64,000 nucleotides of DNA, from positions 26,722,001 to 26,786,000 of the forward strand of contig NC_088794.1 of assembly GCF_011386835.1 (NCBI RefSeq), written 5' to 3'. Every line of letters starts with the position of its first letter. Within the stretch, counting starts at the first letter, position 1. Shown here one piece after another: positions 42,401-53,365 of this stretch. The stretch is from Chrysemys picta bellii. Its lineage: Eukaryota. The notes under the pieces were generated by a model. The model saw nothing but the letters and a program-made list of their open reading frames with translations, was not told where the DNA came from and made no database searches. Position numbers and translations under genes: made by a program.

Positions 42401-45400
42401 GGCTCCGTCGAGGGGGAGAACGCCAGACACGTGAGTGCAGCACCGGCTCTCCCTGGGCCTTGTCCCGCTGGACACATGTCCTGGGCATTGCAGCAAAGCA
42501 AGGGGGACAGCCCTGGTGTGCCTGCGTGCTGGAGTGAAGGGGAGATACCCTGGCACCAGACTGGAGGGCTCCTGCCAGGGGAGGAGGGTGAGGGTCTTCT
42601 GCCAGGGTCTGTGAGAGCCCTGGGTGGGGGGTCTTCTGGCAGGATGGGTACTAGGCTGGGGAGGTGGGTAGGGGCCTACTGGCAGGCCGGGTGCAAGGCT
42701 GATTCCCCTTCCCTGTTCACTCGCTCTCTCCTGCTCCTTGCAGGGCCCTCTCTACATGTCCACAGAGTATAACTCCAAGTTCCGCTTCGACGGTCCCAGC
42801 CAGCCAGGTACGGTCCTTCCTGGAGCCCCTTGCACCCTCCTGAGCCATGTCCTGGGGCAGCCAAGCAGGCCTCTGCCATAGGCTCACTCATAGGAGCTAC
42901 ACCTGTACCCATCCCCCCCGTCTAAGCAGCACTGGGCCTAGCCAGGGCTTGGAAAGGCACCCCGGGTACTCTGTCATGAGCCAGTGCCCCAGCCTGGTGC
43001 CAAGGGGCATTGCGCTGCTGGAGGATGCTGTCTCTTGTCTGAGACAGGAAGCCGAGGTCCCAACAGCTTGTGGTTATTAAAGGTCCCCTGGGACTTTTAA
43101 CCCGTTTCCCAGCCAAATTCCAGTTCATGCGCTTACCTCCTGCCTCCCTAAATTCCTCTGGCAGTTTCAATTGGCCGCGCTCTTTGTTTCCCCTGCCTGT
43201 CCTACCTCGTTGTGTCATGTCACTGTGAGCTGGTAAGCACGTTCCAGCCCTGAGGTGGCTGCATTGCAGTGATGGGGAAGTGATCCCATGTCTTACTGGA
43301 AACCCCTTTATGGTCTGTTGGATGGAAAGTGCTATGTACAAGATGACTTGCTATTCTCATCCGGCAGCCCCTCTCTGTCCCCTGCCTGGGAGCACAACCC
43401 TCTGTCCCTCTAGCCTTAAGAGGTGGGGTCTCCCTGCTGATGAGCTGTCTGACCCTGGGGAAGTAGGGAGGAGGTGTTACTGGAACCCCTAACACGAAGG
43501 GAACCCTAGGTGTACCATGCTTTTTACTGGCTAGAACTGTCTGGGAATGGTAAGGGGTGTGGGGTTCCCAGGGTTGGGGGAGCATGGGGAGCTCTCTGAA
43601 TTGTCCCCTGAGCATGAGCCATTCCTGGGGTTCCCAGTTCCTGTCTCCTGCGCAGACTATGCCGGCTGCACAACTTCACCCCTGTCATTCGCATGGTTCT
43701 TTATCCATACGATCGCTCTCGCCTCCACGCAGCCACCTATGCTGAGGTCACCCTTCAGGCCGGGAGCGTCAGAGGCAGGGTTCCATGCGCAGCCCCCTAT
43801 TCAGTTGCACCGCTACACCATAGCCCGAGCCCAGGCTCACTTGCTGTTTCTCCACAACAGCCCGGGGCCCTCCCTGTGATCTTAGCTACCCATGGGCCAC
43901 CTCGAGATCTTTCCTCCCCCTCCTATGGGGGCTGGTCCCACAGTCGTCGTGGCCCAGCTTATCTGAATCCATTGGCTTGTCCGGCGATCGTTTTCTCTCT
44001 GGTGCTCTTAGCTCCCGTGTGCACCTCATTTTTCATTCAACCCGCAGCCCAGTTAAGTGTGAGGCTAATGCAGACGCAAGCCGGGCTTGCCCTATGGGAG
44101 GCTCTGTCTCCCTCTAGTGGCTAGACCAAATGGAGGTTGATAAGCCAGCTCCCGCCTTCATTAATGGAGCTGATCTTTCTGCTCTGGCCGGAGAGGCTGG
44201 TGATTTTAGAGACAGAGGTCGGAGGTTCAAACCCCGAGGTGCACCGTTACATGACTTCAGGTGGCTTAGATATGTTGGTTGTTGCCCAGCATTGTTGGAC
44301 TCCCTCTGGGAATGTGGGTGACCGTGTACTCCCGTGCCTCGTCTCCCGTTACAGATTTCTTACAGAGGAAGACGATAGGAGCCAAGGAGGAGACGGGATT
44401 CACTGAGGGCACCCAGCGGAACCCCATTGCAATCTTGCCACCTCCTCCGGGAGAGCCAGTAGGTGCTGGGCCCTGGTCTGCTCCCCCGGTGGTCATCTCT
44501 GCACTGGGCTGAGTGGATCACAGCACCCCCTTTGTACCTGGGGGTGACCCAGCTGTTCATGCCCACACTTACCCAGGAGCCTGTGCAGCTTGCCCCTCCC
44601 CCCCTGCCCCCGGTTTCCCAGCCACTCCAGTGGATTTCTCTTCCCCCCGCCCCTTTTGTTCGGAACCGTCTCTGAGCGGCAGCTGGGGTGAGTCTGAAGG
44701 CTCCTGTGCCCCCTCAGGGCTGCCCTGGAACACATGCCAAAGCTGTTTGGGGCCCAGCATCCCAAACACGATCCCCCCCTTACACACACACACACAACAC
44801 ACACAGCTCAGCTACATGGGGGAAGAGAAGGGAGGTCACCCATAGCCTGGCCTCATCCCTACCAGCCTACCCCCCATGTCATGGGCCAGCTCCATACACC
44901 AGCAGATTCCTTAGTAAGATCTCAAGGGATCCCCCTTAGATCCCAAGGGGAGGAGCTGGCCAGGCCTGTCTGGGGAATCCTGGGCCCATCCTGCATGGGG
45001 AAGGGGCCTCACTGCTCAGTGTTTCCCTTGCAGAGGAGCCAGCCTGGCATCAGCATCACCAAGATGGACTTCCTGCCCAGCACTCTCCCCCATGTAAGAG
45101 GGGCTGGGAGGGGGGAGAAAGAGGAGCAGAGGGAGGATAGCAAAGGGTGGGAGGGTCACCCAGAGATGGGGGGCAGGATGGGCAGAGTGGGGGAGTCACC
45201 CAGAGACTAAGTGGGGAGGGCAGAGTTAGGGTCATTCCTGGGCTACAGCTCCAGGCCAGAGAAGCCATTTGGGGTGCCCTCTCCCAGCATCCTGTAATAG
45301 GTGGCCAAGCCCCAGTGCTTGGGCGGCTTCCAGTTCGATCAGAGCCTGTGACCCCACAGAGGCCGGGCTGTGACACCCTCTGCCCTGCTCCCCCGTGCGG

Positions 45401-47273
45401 GCGAGCTGGGTGGCTGCAAAGTCCTTGGGATGGGGGAGGTGACACTTCGACCCTGTCTGCATCACTTTGTCCCACTCCTGTCAGGGCGATGAGTTCCTGC
45501 CTGTGCTGTCGAAGGGCTCCGAGCGAGAGACGGGATTCAGCCGGGACAAAGGCAATGGCCTCAGTGCCATGGTGAGCGACCTGCCTGCCTCACTCCATCC
45601 TGCCTGCCCCCTCCAATCCACTGACACCCCCCATCCTGCCTGCACCCTCCATCCCGCCTCCAGTCTGCCCTCGCCTCCCTGCCCGCCCCCTCCATTCCAC
45701 TGGCACCCCCCATCCTGCCTGCAACCCCCATCCTGCCTCCAATCTGCCCCCGCCTCACTGCCCGCTCTCTCCTTTCCACTGGCACCCCCCATCCTGCCTG
45801 CACCCCCCATCCTGCCTCCAATCTGCCCCCGCCTCACTGCCCGCTCTCTCCTTTCCACTGGCACCCCCCATCCTGCCTGCACCCCCATCCCGCCTCCAAT
45901 TTGCCCCCACCTCCCTGCCCGCCCCCTCCTTTCCACTGGCACCCCCCATCCTGTGCCCCCTCCATCCCACCTCCAGTCTGCCCCAGCCTCCTTGCCTGCC
46001 CTCTCCATTCCACTGGCACCCCCCATCCTGCCTTCAGTCCTCCCTGTCTGCCTGCATCCTCCTCTCCACCTGTAACCTGTCTGTGTGCTGGTCTCTCTGT
46101 CTCCTCCCTCCCAGTCTGTGACTGCCCCCCCCATTCACCTGGTCTCCTCCTGCCCCCCAGGGCCTGCTGCATGCAGCACCCCAGCCTGGGGCCGAGAGAT
46201 CAGAGCCCCTGAGCCACGCTCAGTTCCGAGGGCTCCAGAGGCCCCTGCAGACCCAGACCAACCTGCTGGGCCGGGAGTACGTGGGGAACAAGGTGAGTGT
46301 GAGCACGGCCTGTGCGGCCTGTCCAGCGTCCCGCAGATCCCTCGGGCCTGGCCAGCTCAGCCCTGTGTCCCCCCTCCCAGGAACTCTCCGGATTCAGCAT
46401 CAACAACAAGAAGTATGTGACACCTCCCTATGACCCGGACTTGCCCAACAAGTACCTGAGCAGCTACAACTCCAAGTGAGTCTGGAATACTGCCACCTCC
46501 TGCCCCTGGGGGGAGCTCTACCTGCCTCCCCACAGCCCATCCTGCCTCTGGGGGGAGCTCTACCTGCCTCCCCCAGCCCAACCTGCCCCTGGGGGGAGCT
46601 CTATCTGCCTCCCCACAGCCCATCCTGCCTCTGGGGGGAGCTCTATCTGCCTCCCCACAGCCCATCCTGCCTCTGGGGGGAGCTCTACTTGCATCCCCCA
46701 GCCCACCCTGCCCCTGGGGGAGCTCTCCCCTGCCTCCCCCAGCGCTCTCCCCTCTCTCCATGTGCATGCCCTGTGTGTCTCTTGGTTTGAGTGGGGGTGC
46801 CCTGACCGGGTGTGTGGGGGGGAGGGAAGCGAAGGGGGTCGCTCGGCCAGTGGGGAGGGGTCTGAGCAGCTGACAGACCCAGCAGGATGCAGAGCTCTTT
46901 GACTCTGTTTCCTCCCCTCTGGCAGGTTTTATGACAACACCCTCAAGGGGGTGGACCGTGAAGGATGGACCCGCGGAGGAATCCAGCCCCAACAGCCAGG
47001 TGGCTTCGCCACCAATAACCACGTCACTGAACTGGGCAGCGACCCCAATGCCACGGAGACCCTGAGACGGGTCCACCCCCATGTCGGCAGGTGAGGCTGG
47101 CCGGTTCCCACTGCCCTCCACCCTGTCCCTGACATCCTCCTGCCCCTCCTCTTCCCTCTGTGACGCTCTTCCCCTCTGCTCCCAGGACAATCACAACAGT
47201 GGACCCGTTCTATTGCGACACCCCTCACGACAGCCGCTTCTCTGCTCTTTACCAAACCGCCGTACCTGAGTAG
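39334..47273 (+). CDS. SAXO4: Stabilizer of axonemal microtubules 4 (PPP1R32); join(39334-39439,40144-40261,40721-40874,42302-42430,42744-42807,44355-44458,45034-45093,45485-45571,46161-46292,46381-46475,46926-47090,47186-47273), 433 aa
   Basis: MGRLPLGGVSPYV...DPLKFYATSY, KVHFNT..GPRAITGLEP, GDEFLPVLSKGSERETGFSR, EGWTRGGIQPQQPGGF, HPHVGRTITTVDPFY. Twelve GT-AG exons, 1302 nt in frame. Confidence 0.93.
40144..40261 (+). CDS. SAXO4: SAXO4 coding exon 2
   Basis: QERFHPRVGHHSGAGYKSNYRPV. Confidence 0.92.
40495..40680 (+). mobile_element. MIR/CORE-SINE
   Basis: CTAGTGGATGGAGCAC...CTTGGGCAAGTCAC...GCCTCAGTTTCCCCATCTGTAA. Confidence 0.78.
40721..40874 (+). CDS. SAXO4: SAXO4 coding exon 3
   Basis: QLLQDNYDTVTTKHFRPLQLPDGKYPLPWS. 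Confidence 0.92.
41234..41606. mobile_element. Harbinger-type MITE
   Basis: 18-bp imperfect TIRs GGGTATATCTACACTGCA / TGCAGTGTAGATGCACCC; TSD unclear. Confidence 0.7.
41825..42010 (+). mobile_element. LF-SINE-like fragment
   Basis: GTCTCAGTC...GGACAGGTG...GGCAAGGACTGAATGGGC...CCCCTTAGAGG in LF-SINE order as recalled. Confidence 0.45.
42302..42430 (+). CDS. SAXO4: SAXO4 coding exon 4
   Basis: VKKVHFNTRDQGPRAITGLEP. Confidence 0.92.
42744..42807 (+). CDS. SAXO4: SAXO4 coding exon 5
   Basis: GPLYMSTEYNSKF. Confidence 0.92.
44355..44458 (+). CDS. SAXO4: SAXO4 coding exon 6
   Basis: DFLQRKTIGAKEETGFT. Confidence 0.92.
45034..45093 (+). CDS. SAXO4: SAXO4 coding exon 7
   Basis: RSQPGISITKMDFLPSTLPH. 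Confidence 0.88.
45485..45571 (+). CDS. SAXO4: SAXO4 coding exon 8
   Basis: GDEFLPVLSKGSERETGFSR. Confidence 0.92.
45590..46070. repeat. C-rich degenerate tandem repeat in SAXO4 intron 8
   Basis: Recurring TTTCCACTGGCACCCCCCATCCTGCCTGCACCCCC. Confidence 0.8.
46161..46292 (+). CDS. SAXO4: SAXO4 coding exon 9
   Basis: ...QTNLLGREYVGNK|GTGAGT. Confidence 0.88.
46381..46475 (+). CDS. SAXO4: SAXO4 coding exon 10
   Basis: ELSGFSINNKKYVTPPYDPD. Confidence 0.9.
46499..46740. repeat. ~42-bp minisatellite, ~6 copies
   Basis: CCTGCCTCTGGGGGGAGCTCTA(C/T)CTGCCTCCCCACAGCCCAT. Confidence 0.85.
46926..47090 (+). CDS. SAXO4: SAXO4 coding exon 11
   Basis: FYDNTLKGVDREGWTRGGIQPQ. Confidence 0.92.
47186..47273 (+). 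CDS. SAXO4: SAXO4 coding exon 12 (stop immediately followed by GTAAGG)
   Basis: TITTVDPFYCDTPHDSRFSALYQTAVPE*. Confidence 0.88.
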
Positions 47274-47727
47274 GTAAGGGGCCTTGCTGGGCACCTCCCA
47301 AGGCAGCGGGGCTGGGATTGAGCTACCCCCAGTTATGCAGTGGAGCACCAGGGCACGCACCCAGCAGAGACCTGGCCAGTCAGCTGTGAGCACTCAGCCC
47401 TGGTGCTGGAGCTGATGAGGCCAGGTGTCAGGATCTGCTGGGCCTGGATCAGGCTTTCTGCTCCCTCTAGGGCACAGCTCATGGCATTTCCCTTCAGGGG
47501 ACACTGGGAAGGGAGTCCCAGGCCCTTATGAAGAGTGGGGAGCATGACTGCTGTAGGCTAGGCTGCCCATCCTCATCCCTGTCCTTTCCCCAGCCTTTGG
47601 GGAGGTGGTATGGGTTCCCCAGGGCCACTCCACATTCTCCATTCCCCTCTTGGGGTCCCCCCCACTTTGCCAGATTTCAAGGACCTCTTCTTTGCTTTCT
47701 TGCAGATCTGTGCCTCCACCCTGCAGG

Positions 47728-47885
47728 AGCTGGTCTCCCTGGGCGAGGCAGGGACTCCAGGGCTGGTCTCCCTCGGTGAGGCAGGGACTCCAGGGCTGGT
47801 CTCCTCCGGCGAGGCAGGGACTCCAGGGCTGGTCTCCCTCGGTGAGGCAGGGACTCCAGGGCTGGTCTCCCCCGGCGAGGCAGGG
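47728..47885 (+). repeat. 33-bp tandem repeat, 4 full plus 1 partial copy
   Basis: GGCTGGTCTCCCTCGGTGAGGCAGGGACTCCAG. Confidence 0.9.
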
Positions 47886-49359
47886 GCTTCAGCATCTCCC
47901 AATGGTCTTTACTTCTCCAAGGATATAAAGAGAAATCATCACCCAGTGAAGGCTCATTTGTTCTCAGTGGCCTAACTGCCAGCCCCCCCACCCCTTAGAT
48001 CCCACAGACCTCTCCTCCTCTGCCCCATGGCCCCATAAACTTCTCTTCCCCAGGGACCCCAGGGGCCCCTTCCACCCCCGTTCCCTGCTGTTCTCACAGG
48101 GGAGCCCTCTGCTGTGCGAGCTGACCCCAGCTCTCATCCCACACATAGTGGTACCCATGTGCTGCCATGGGAGCTGGATGGGGTCTTTGCATCTGAAGGA
48201 TCAGCTGGTGCCTCCTGGCAGAAAGGGGAGCACAGCCCTTCCCCAGCACCTTGCCTGCTCTGGCCTGGGGGGGTGAAGTGCCAGGGCATTCCTGGGCCCT
48301 GCAGTTCCATTGTTTTGGCATTCGGGCCCCATCCTGCACGGTGCTGAGCAGTGGGAGAGGAGGCAGCCTGGCATCACGCAGGATCAGGCCCTTTGACTTG
48401 AGACAGGAAACTGGGCCCTGTGTGTGCAGCAGTAAATGGAGTTAACCATTAGACATGTGCTGCAGCCACCTGGGCTACCCCAGCTCACCCCAGGGTCTCT
48501 GCAGGGCCTGGCACTGTCCCTGCAGGGCCCTGGGGCTGTTACCGTGGGGCCTAGGGATGTTCTCGCGGGGCCTGGGAGCTTTCACCGGCACCAGGGTTGC
48601 CTTGATTTGGCCATTAAATCATCACCCTCAATGGAACAAGGCTCATTTACAGCAATGGAGGAGCTGGTGATTTGTTCTTCAAACGTAGCCCTGTTGCTAA
48701 GGCCACCCAAGACCCAGCGGAGACTGCTGAGCTCTGGAGACGGGGGACTGAACCTGCCCTGCAGAGGCACGCTGAGAACCAGTGAGGCTAGGTCACTCTG
48801 TAATGTCCCCCTGCCCCCTGCCTGCTCGGCAGAGTCTTCACTCAACGGCTGCTCTCCAGACTTAAGTCCAGGGCCCTGCACTGACTCCAGCTGAGTAACT
48901 CTGGGTTTGCCTGGCAGGATCCCCCTCTGCCTGGCTGTTTCTCTTTCACAGCTCAATCGCAGTGCTGTTTGTGATGGTGGAGGCAGCTGTGTGGTGATGC
49001 TGCTTGGCTCAGGTGCCCCAGCATGTCGGTAATGCCATCCCGCTCATGCACGTATGTTAGGAACTGACTGGCGAGCTTTCCCTTGTGCCCTGAAAGGAGC
49101 AGCATTTGGCCCAGCAGCACTGTGGCGGTACCCAGATGGGAGAGGGGTAATAGCAGAGCGATGGGCTGGAATTGTCTCTTCAGCTGCTAGCTGGTAACTG
49201 TTAATAGACAGTCTGACACACCACTGCGTTTCCTCCCGGTCCTGTCACACTGTGCATCTACACATGCTGCATTTAAGGACTCTCTTCCTACTGCTCCCCT
49301 CCCCATCCCAAACAGCTGGCAGCTCGATTCCCACACCCTCAGCATGTCCCAAATTCACC

Positions 49360-49840
49360 GGCACCACATGGGGTGATGTACAGGTAATAGGATCTTTTCC
49401 CATGCCCCATAACCTACTGTATGGGGTAGTGCACACAGAGTAGTCTCCACGCTCCCAGCATGGTGTGATAGTACACACACAAAGCAGGGTCTCCAGACAC
49501 CCAGCATGGTGTGATAGATAGATAGATATACACCCACACACGCACCACATTCCCTGCATTGTGTGATGCACTCACGTACCATAGGGTCTCCACATTCCCA
49601 ACATGGCGTGGTGTACATGTGCCCACACACAGTCGGAGCTCCACATTCCCAGCATGGTGTGATACACACAAAGACAGAGTAGGGTTTCCAGCCTCCCAAC
49701 AAGGTGTAATGTTATATAGATACACAGTGGGGTCTCAATTCCCAGCATGGTGTGATGCTCGCACATGCAATAGGGTCTCGAGGCTCCCAGATTGGCATGA
49801 TGCACCCATGGACAGTGGGATCTCCCTGCATGGGGTGATA
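49360..49840. repeat. degenerate minisatellite with a conserved 17-nt core and variable spacers
   Basis: TCCCAGCATGGTGTGAT-like core at 49453, 49499, 49551, 49596, 49647, 49694, 49740, 49785 and 49823. Confidence 0.8.
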
Positions 49841-50854
49841 CAAGACGTAAGCCTTTTTCCCTATTTGGTGTAGTATTGAGCTTTTGGCTCCTGGGGCTGC
49901 AATGCACACCCGCTGCACTCCTGCCCTCGGTCTCACTTTCCGCCCCAAAACATGATATCTCCCTCTTTCCAACTCTCATGTTTCTCTCTGGAGGGTAGTT
50001 TCATTTCCTAGTGCATGTTTCATGAGCTGGTGTGGGGCCTCTGACTTTGACAACAACGAGCACAATCAGTGATACCAAACAAGCCGGCCTCATGTTGCAG
50101 GTAACACTACCTGGCTGCAGTTCTTTCCAGCACACCTGAGCCTGCCGACAGCTGATCTCCCCCCCACCACACTCTGCAGAGGGGAAAGCTGGGTGGGGGC
50201 TGTAGCTTTGCCCAGCAATCCTGCTACATCTCACAGCTTCTCTGGCTACAGCTCACTCGGAGCCTTGACTTACCTCATGTAATGCTAGATATTAAAGGAA
50301 ACTGCAAGTGAGGGGTGAATTCTGAGTGACCGTGTGTGTGTGTGTCATGGCCTGCATCATGTTTGTAGTGTGTGCAGGAGTATTTAGAGATGGGTAGATC
50401 CTATTGGTTCCATCAGCCATAGCCCCTCCTGCACACCTGGGCTAGATTCTCCCCCATAACTGCATCTAGTTTACATGTCCCAAGTGGCCGGCTTCCCACA
50501 ATCTGATGGATCTAACCGCTGGGAACATTTTCCTGGTAGGCAGCCTAAATTTCCCCTCATCCCATTACTTCTACTTCTACTTCCCCTCCCTCTTTCCACC
50601 CACATCCCCGCCCCAAGAATCCCTCCATCAGCTTGACATACTGCAGGGACTGCCAAACTGTCACATTCTCCACTGCCACCTGGCTTATCCAAGCAGGATA
50701 GAGTTCACTCCTTTAATCTCTCCTCATAAACCAGCACCTCCAGCCCAGCCGTTTCTTTTTGTTATGCTTCTCTGACCTCCCTTAAGCCTCTGGTGATGTG
50801 GGACCCCAACCTGACTACAGCAGGTCTGGCAGCAGAGCCAGATAGCCGGACCTC

Positions 50855-51030
50855 TCTGCCCTTATGATGATCATGATAATAGAAGGGCAGAAGCATTATC
50901 CCCATTTTACAAATAGGAAAAATGAGACGGACAGGCAAAGTGACTTGCCCAAAATCATCCAGCAGGCCAGTGGCAGAGCTGGGAATAGAACAGAGGTCTC
51001 CTGAGTTCCAGTTCAATGCCCTGTCCACTA
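50855..51030 (-). mobile_element. MIR/CORE-SINE
   Basis: AAAGTGACTTGCCC...GGCAGAGCTGGGAATAGAAC (reverse-complement MIR core). Confidence 0.75.
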
Positions 51031-51429
51031 CCTTTGCCTGTATAGCACAGAATCACACTGTTTTTTAAATTTTTGCTGTCCTATCACATCTAATGTCCTG
51101 TCCCTTATAACTCATATCTCTGCCTTAGCCTAACTGCCTGTTGGATTTCTCGTTCCTATTGCGCATCTATCTATGGGATTATATTTCTCCAGCTGGATTA
51201 GCTGCACTTTCCCAAGATGGGTCTCCCTGTGCTGCTTGCATTTGTGTTTGAGTGCACAGCAGTTCTGGATCTGACGCTGTGTGTGTGTGTGCCTGCCTGC
51301 GTGAATCCCATGCCCGTGTGCATGTTTGTGTGTATGCCTGTACATGGCAGGTGATCCCAGAGAATGATGATGCACTAGGTAATGGACCATTGTTTCATGT
51401 CTGTTCAGAGCACCAGCAATGCCCTAGCA

Positions 51430-52135
51430 CAGGGGAAGGCAAACTCCGGCCCATCAAGGCTTTCAATCTGGCCCACAGGATTGCCAACCCCGTGGTGCAG
51501 CAGGGCTAAGGCAGGCTCCCTGCCTGCCCTGGCCTTGCGCCACTCCCGGAAGCAGCGGGCACCACATCCCTGCGGCCCCTGGGGGAGAGGCGGGGCAGAG
51601 GGCTCTGTGTGCTGCCCTTGCCTGCAGGCACCACCCCCACAGCTCCCATTGGCCAGGAACGGGGATCTGCGGCTAATGGGAGCTTCGGGGGTGGTACCCA
51701 CAGGCGAGGGTAGCGTGTGATGGAGCCGCCTTCCCCACCCCCAGGAGCCATTGCCAGACATACTGGCCACTTCCAGGAGCGGCGCAGGGCCAGGGCAGGC
51801 AGGGAGCCTGCCTTAGCCCTGCTGCACGCCGCTGCCACCCCTGAGCCGCTCAAGGTAAGCGGCACCGGGCCGGAGCCCCACCCTGAACCCCTCCTGCACC
51901 CCAACCCCCTGCTCTGAGCCCCCTGCTGCACCCCACCTGCACCCCAACCCCCTGCCCTGAGCCCCCTCCTGCACCCTGCTTCCCTCCTGCACCCCACCCC
52001 CTTGCTCTGAGCCCCTTCCTGCACCCCGCATCCCCCCCACATCCCAATCCCCTGCCTTAGCCCTACATTCATGGCCCTACATACAATTTCCCCACCCAGA
52101 TGTGGCCCTCGGGACAAAAAGTTTGCCCACCCCTG
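51430..52135. mobile_element. hAT-type non-autonomous DNA transposon
   Basis: TIRs CAGGGGAAGGCAAAC / GTTTGCCCACCCCTG with an 8-bp TSD CCCTAGCA at 51422-51429 and 52136-52143. Confidence 0.88.
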
Positions 52136-53049
52136 CCCTAGCATGAAGCGAGCATATGAGTGTGGAGCTGAAACGTATGCTGGTTGTTGATTTCAGCTCA
52201 GAAGACAGACAGGGCTGTACATAGCTCTGAAAAAAAAATTCCCTGTTACCTTTACAACCATCTGGAGTGAGACTCATTCAGAGCAAGCGTTACTCATGAC
52301 AACGGATATATAAAGGACTGAGGAGGAGTTAGTACCAAAATAACTAGCCTGGGGACACAGCCACAGAGTGACTGGGGATAAGGGGAGAGCTGGCAAGGAC
52401 TGAACCATGGTATACTGTTCAGGGGGTGTATGAAGGAGTCTGACCAGCTGATGGCTCACCCCGGTAGTCAGTCACAGTCATTGTCTGGAGTAAGGGCCTG
52501 CTCCAATTCCCCTTGAAGTCAATAGATAACTGTCCATTTCCATGTGGTTGGATCAGGGCCTGAGAGCAGCGTCCACCACAGCACAGGTTCAGGAGGTGTG
52601 TCCCCGTTGTGGCTGTATGCATACACGTACGTGTGTGTTTATGACAGGCCCTCGTACTGGCCTGCGTCTGATTCAGTGTTTGCGCGTGCTAGCCCTGTGC
52701 TGTGCACGAGTGCTGCTTGATATAAGCTTGCTAGTGAGAACAGGGTTAACTCCCGCCCCACACATGCCCACGGGTTCACGTGAGCAGGCCTGGCAGAAGA
52801 AGGTGCATGATTGTAGCTACAGTTCTAGCCTGCGCTTGGGTTTGTGTAATGAATCCTGCAGAGGGGTGTTAGTGCACAGGCCGCTAGCTGATGAGGCTGC
52901 TCTTTCTCCTTTGGCATCCTTTGCTGTGTTTAAAATGAAAATTGATCACAGCTCGAGACAATCAGGGTCTGAGTTACAGAGGCGCTTAGCGCCCCCAAGG
53001 AAAGCAATGGGACTTGGTGCACAAAAGGAAGGGTGGGCTTGGAGCTGAG

Positions 53050-53365
53050 GCACTGGAAGACCTGGGTTCAGTACCTGGCTCTGCCCCAGATGTGTGGGAC
53101 CTTAGACAAGTCACTGCATTTCTCTGGGCCTCATTTCCCCATGTGTAAAATGGGGATAACAATCCTTCCTTTGTCTGTGTAGACTAGGCACTCTTCAGGG
53201 GAGGGGCTGTCTCTCACTGTGTGTCTGTGCAATACCTGGCACAAGGGGCCCTGATCTCAACCAGGACTGGGACTGTCTCTCACAGTGCGTCTGTGCAGCA
53301 CCTGGCACTATGGGACCTGATCTTGGTCAGTGCCTCTAGGTGCCGCTGTAACACAAATAATAATA
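53050..53365 (+). mobile_element. MIR-like SINE with L2-type tail
   Basis: GACCTGGGTTCAG...CCTCATTTCCCCATGTGTAAAATGGGGATAA, tail ending AAATAATAATA. Confidence 0.7.

Noticed and set aside
44113-44240. A-box/B-box-like motifs (GGTTCAAACC)
   Set aside because: No cloverleaf can be folded; probably a decayed SINE head.
49360-49840. CRISPR array interpretation of the repeat-spacer pattern
   Set aside because: Vertebrate DNA with no cas genes; repeats are degenerate and spacers are low-complexity and partly related to each other.
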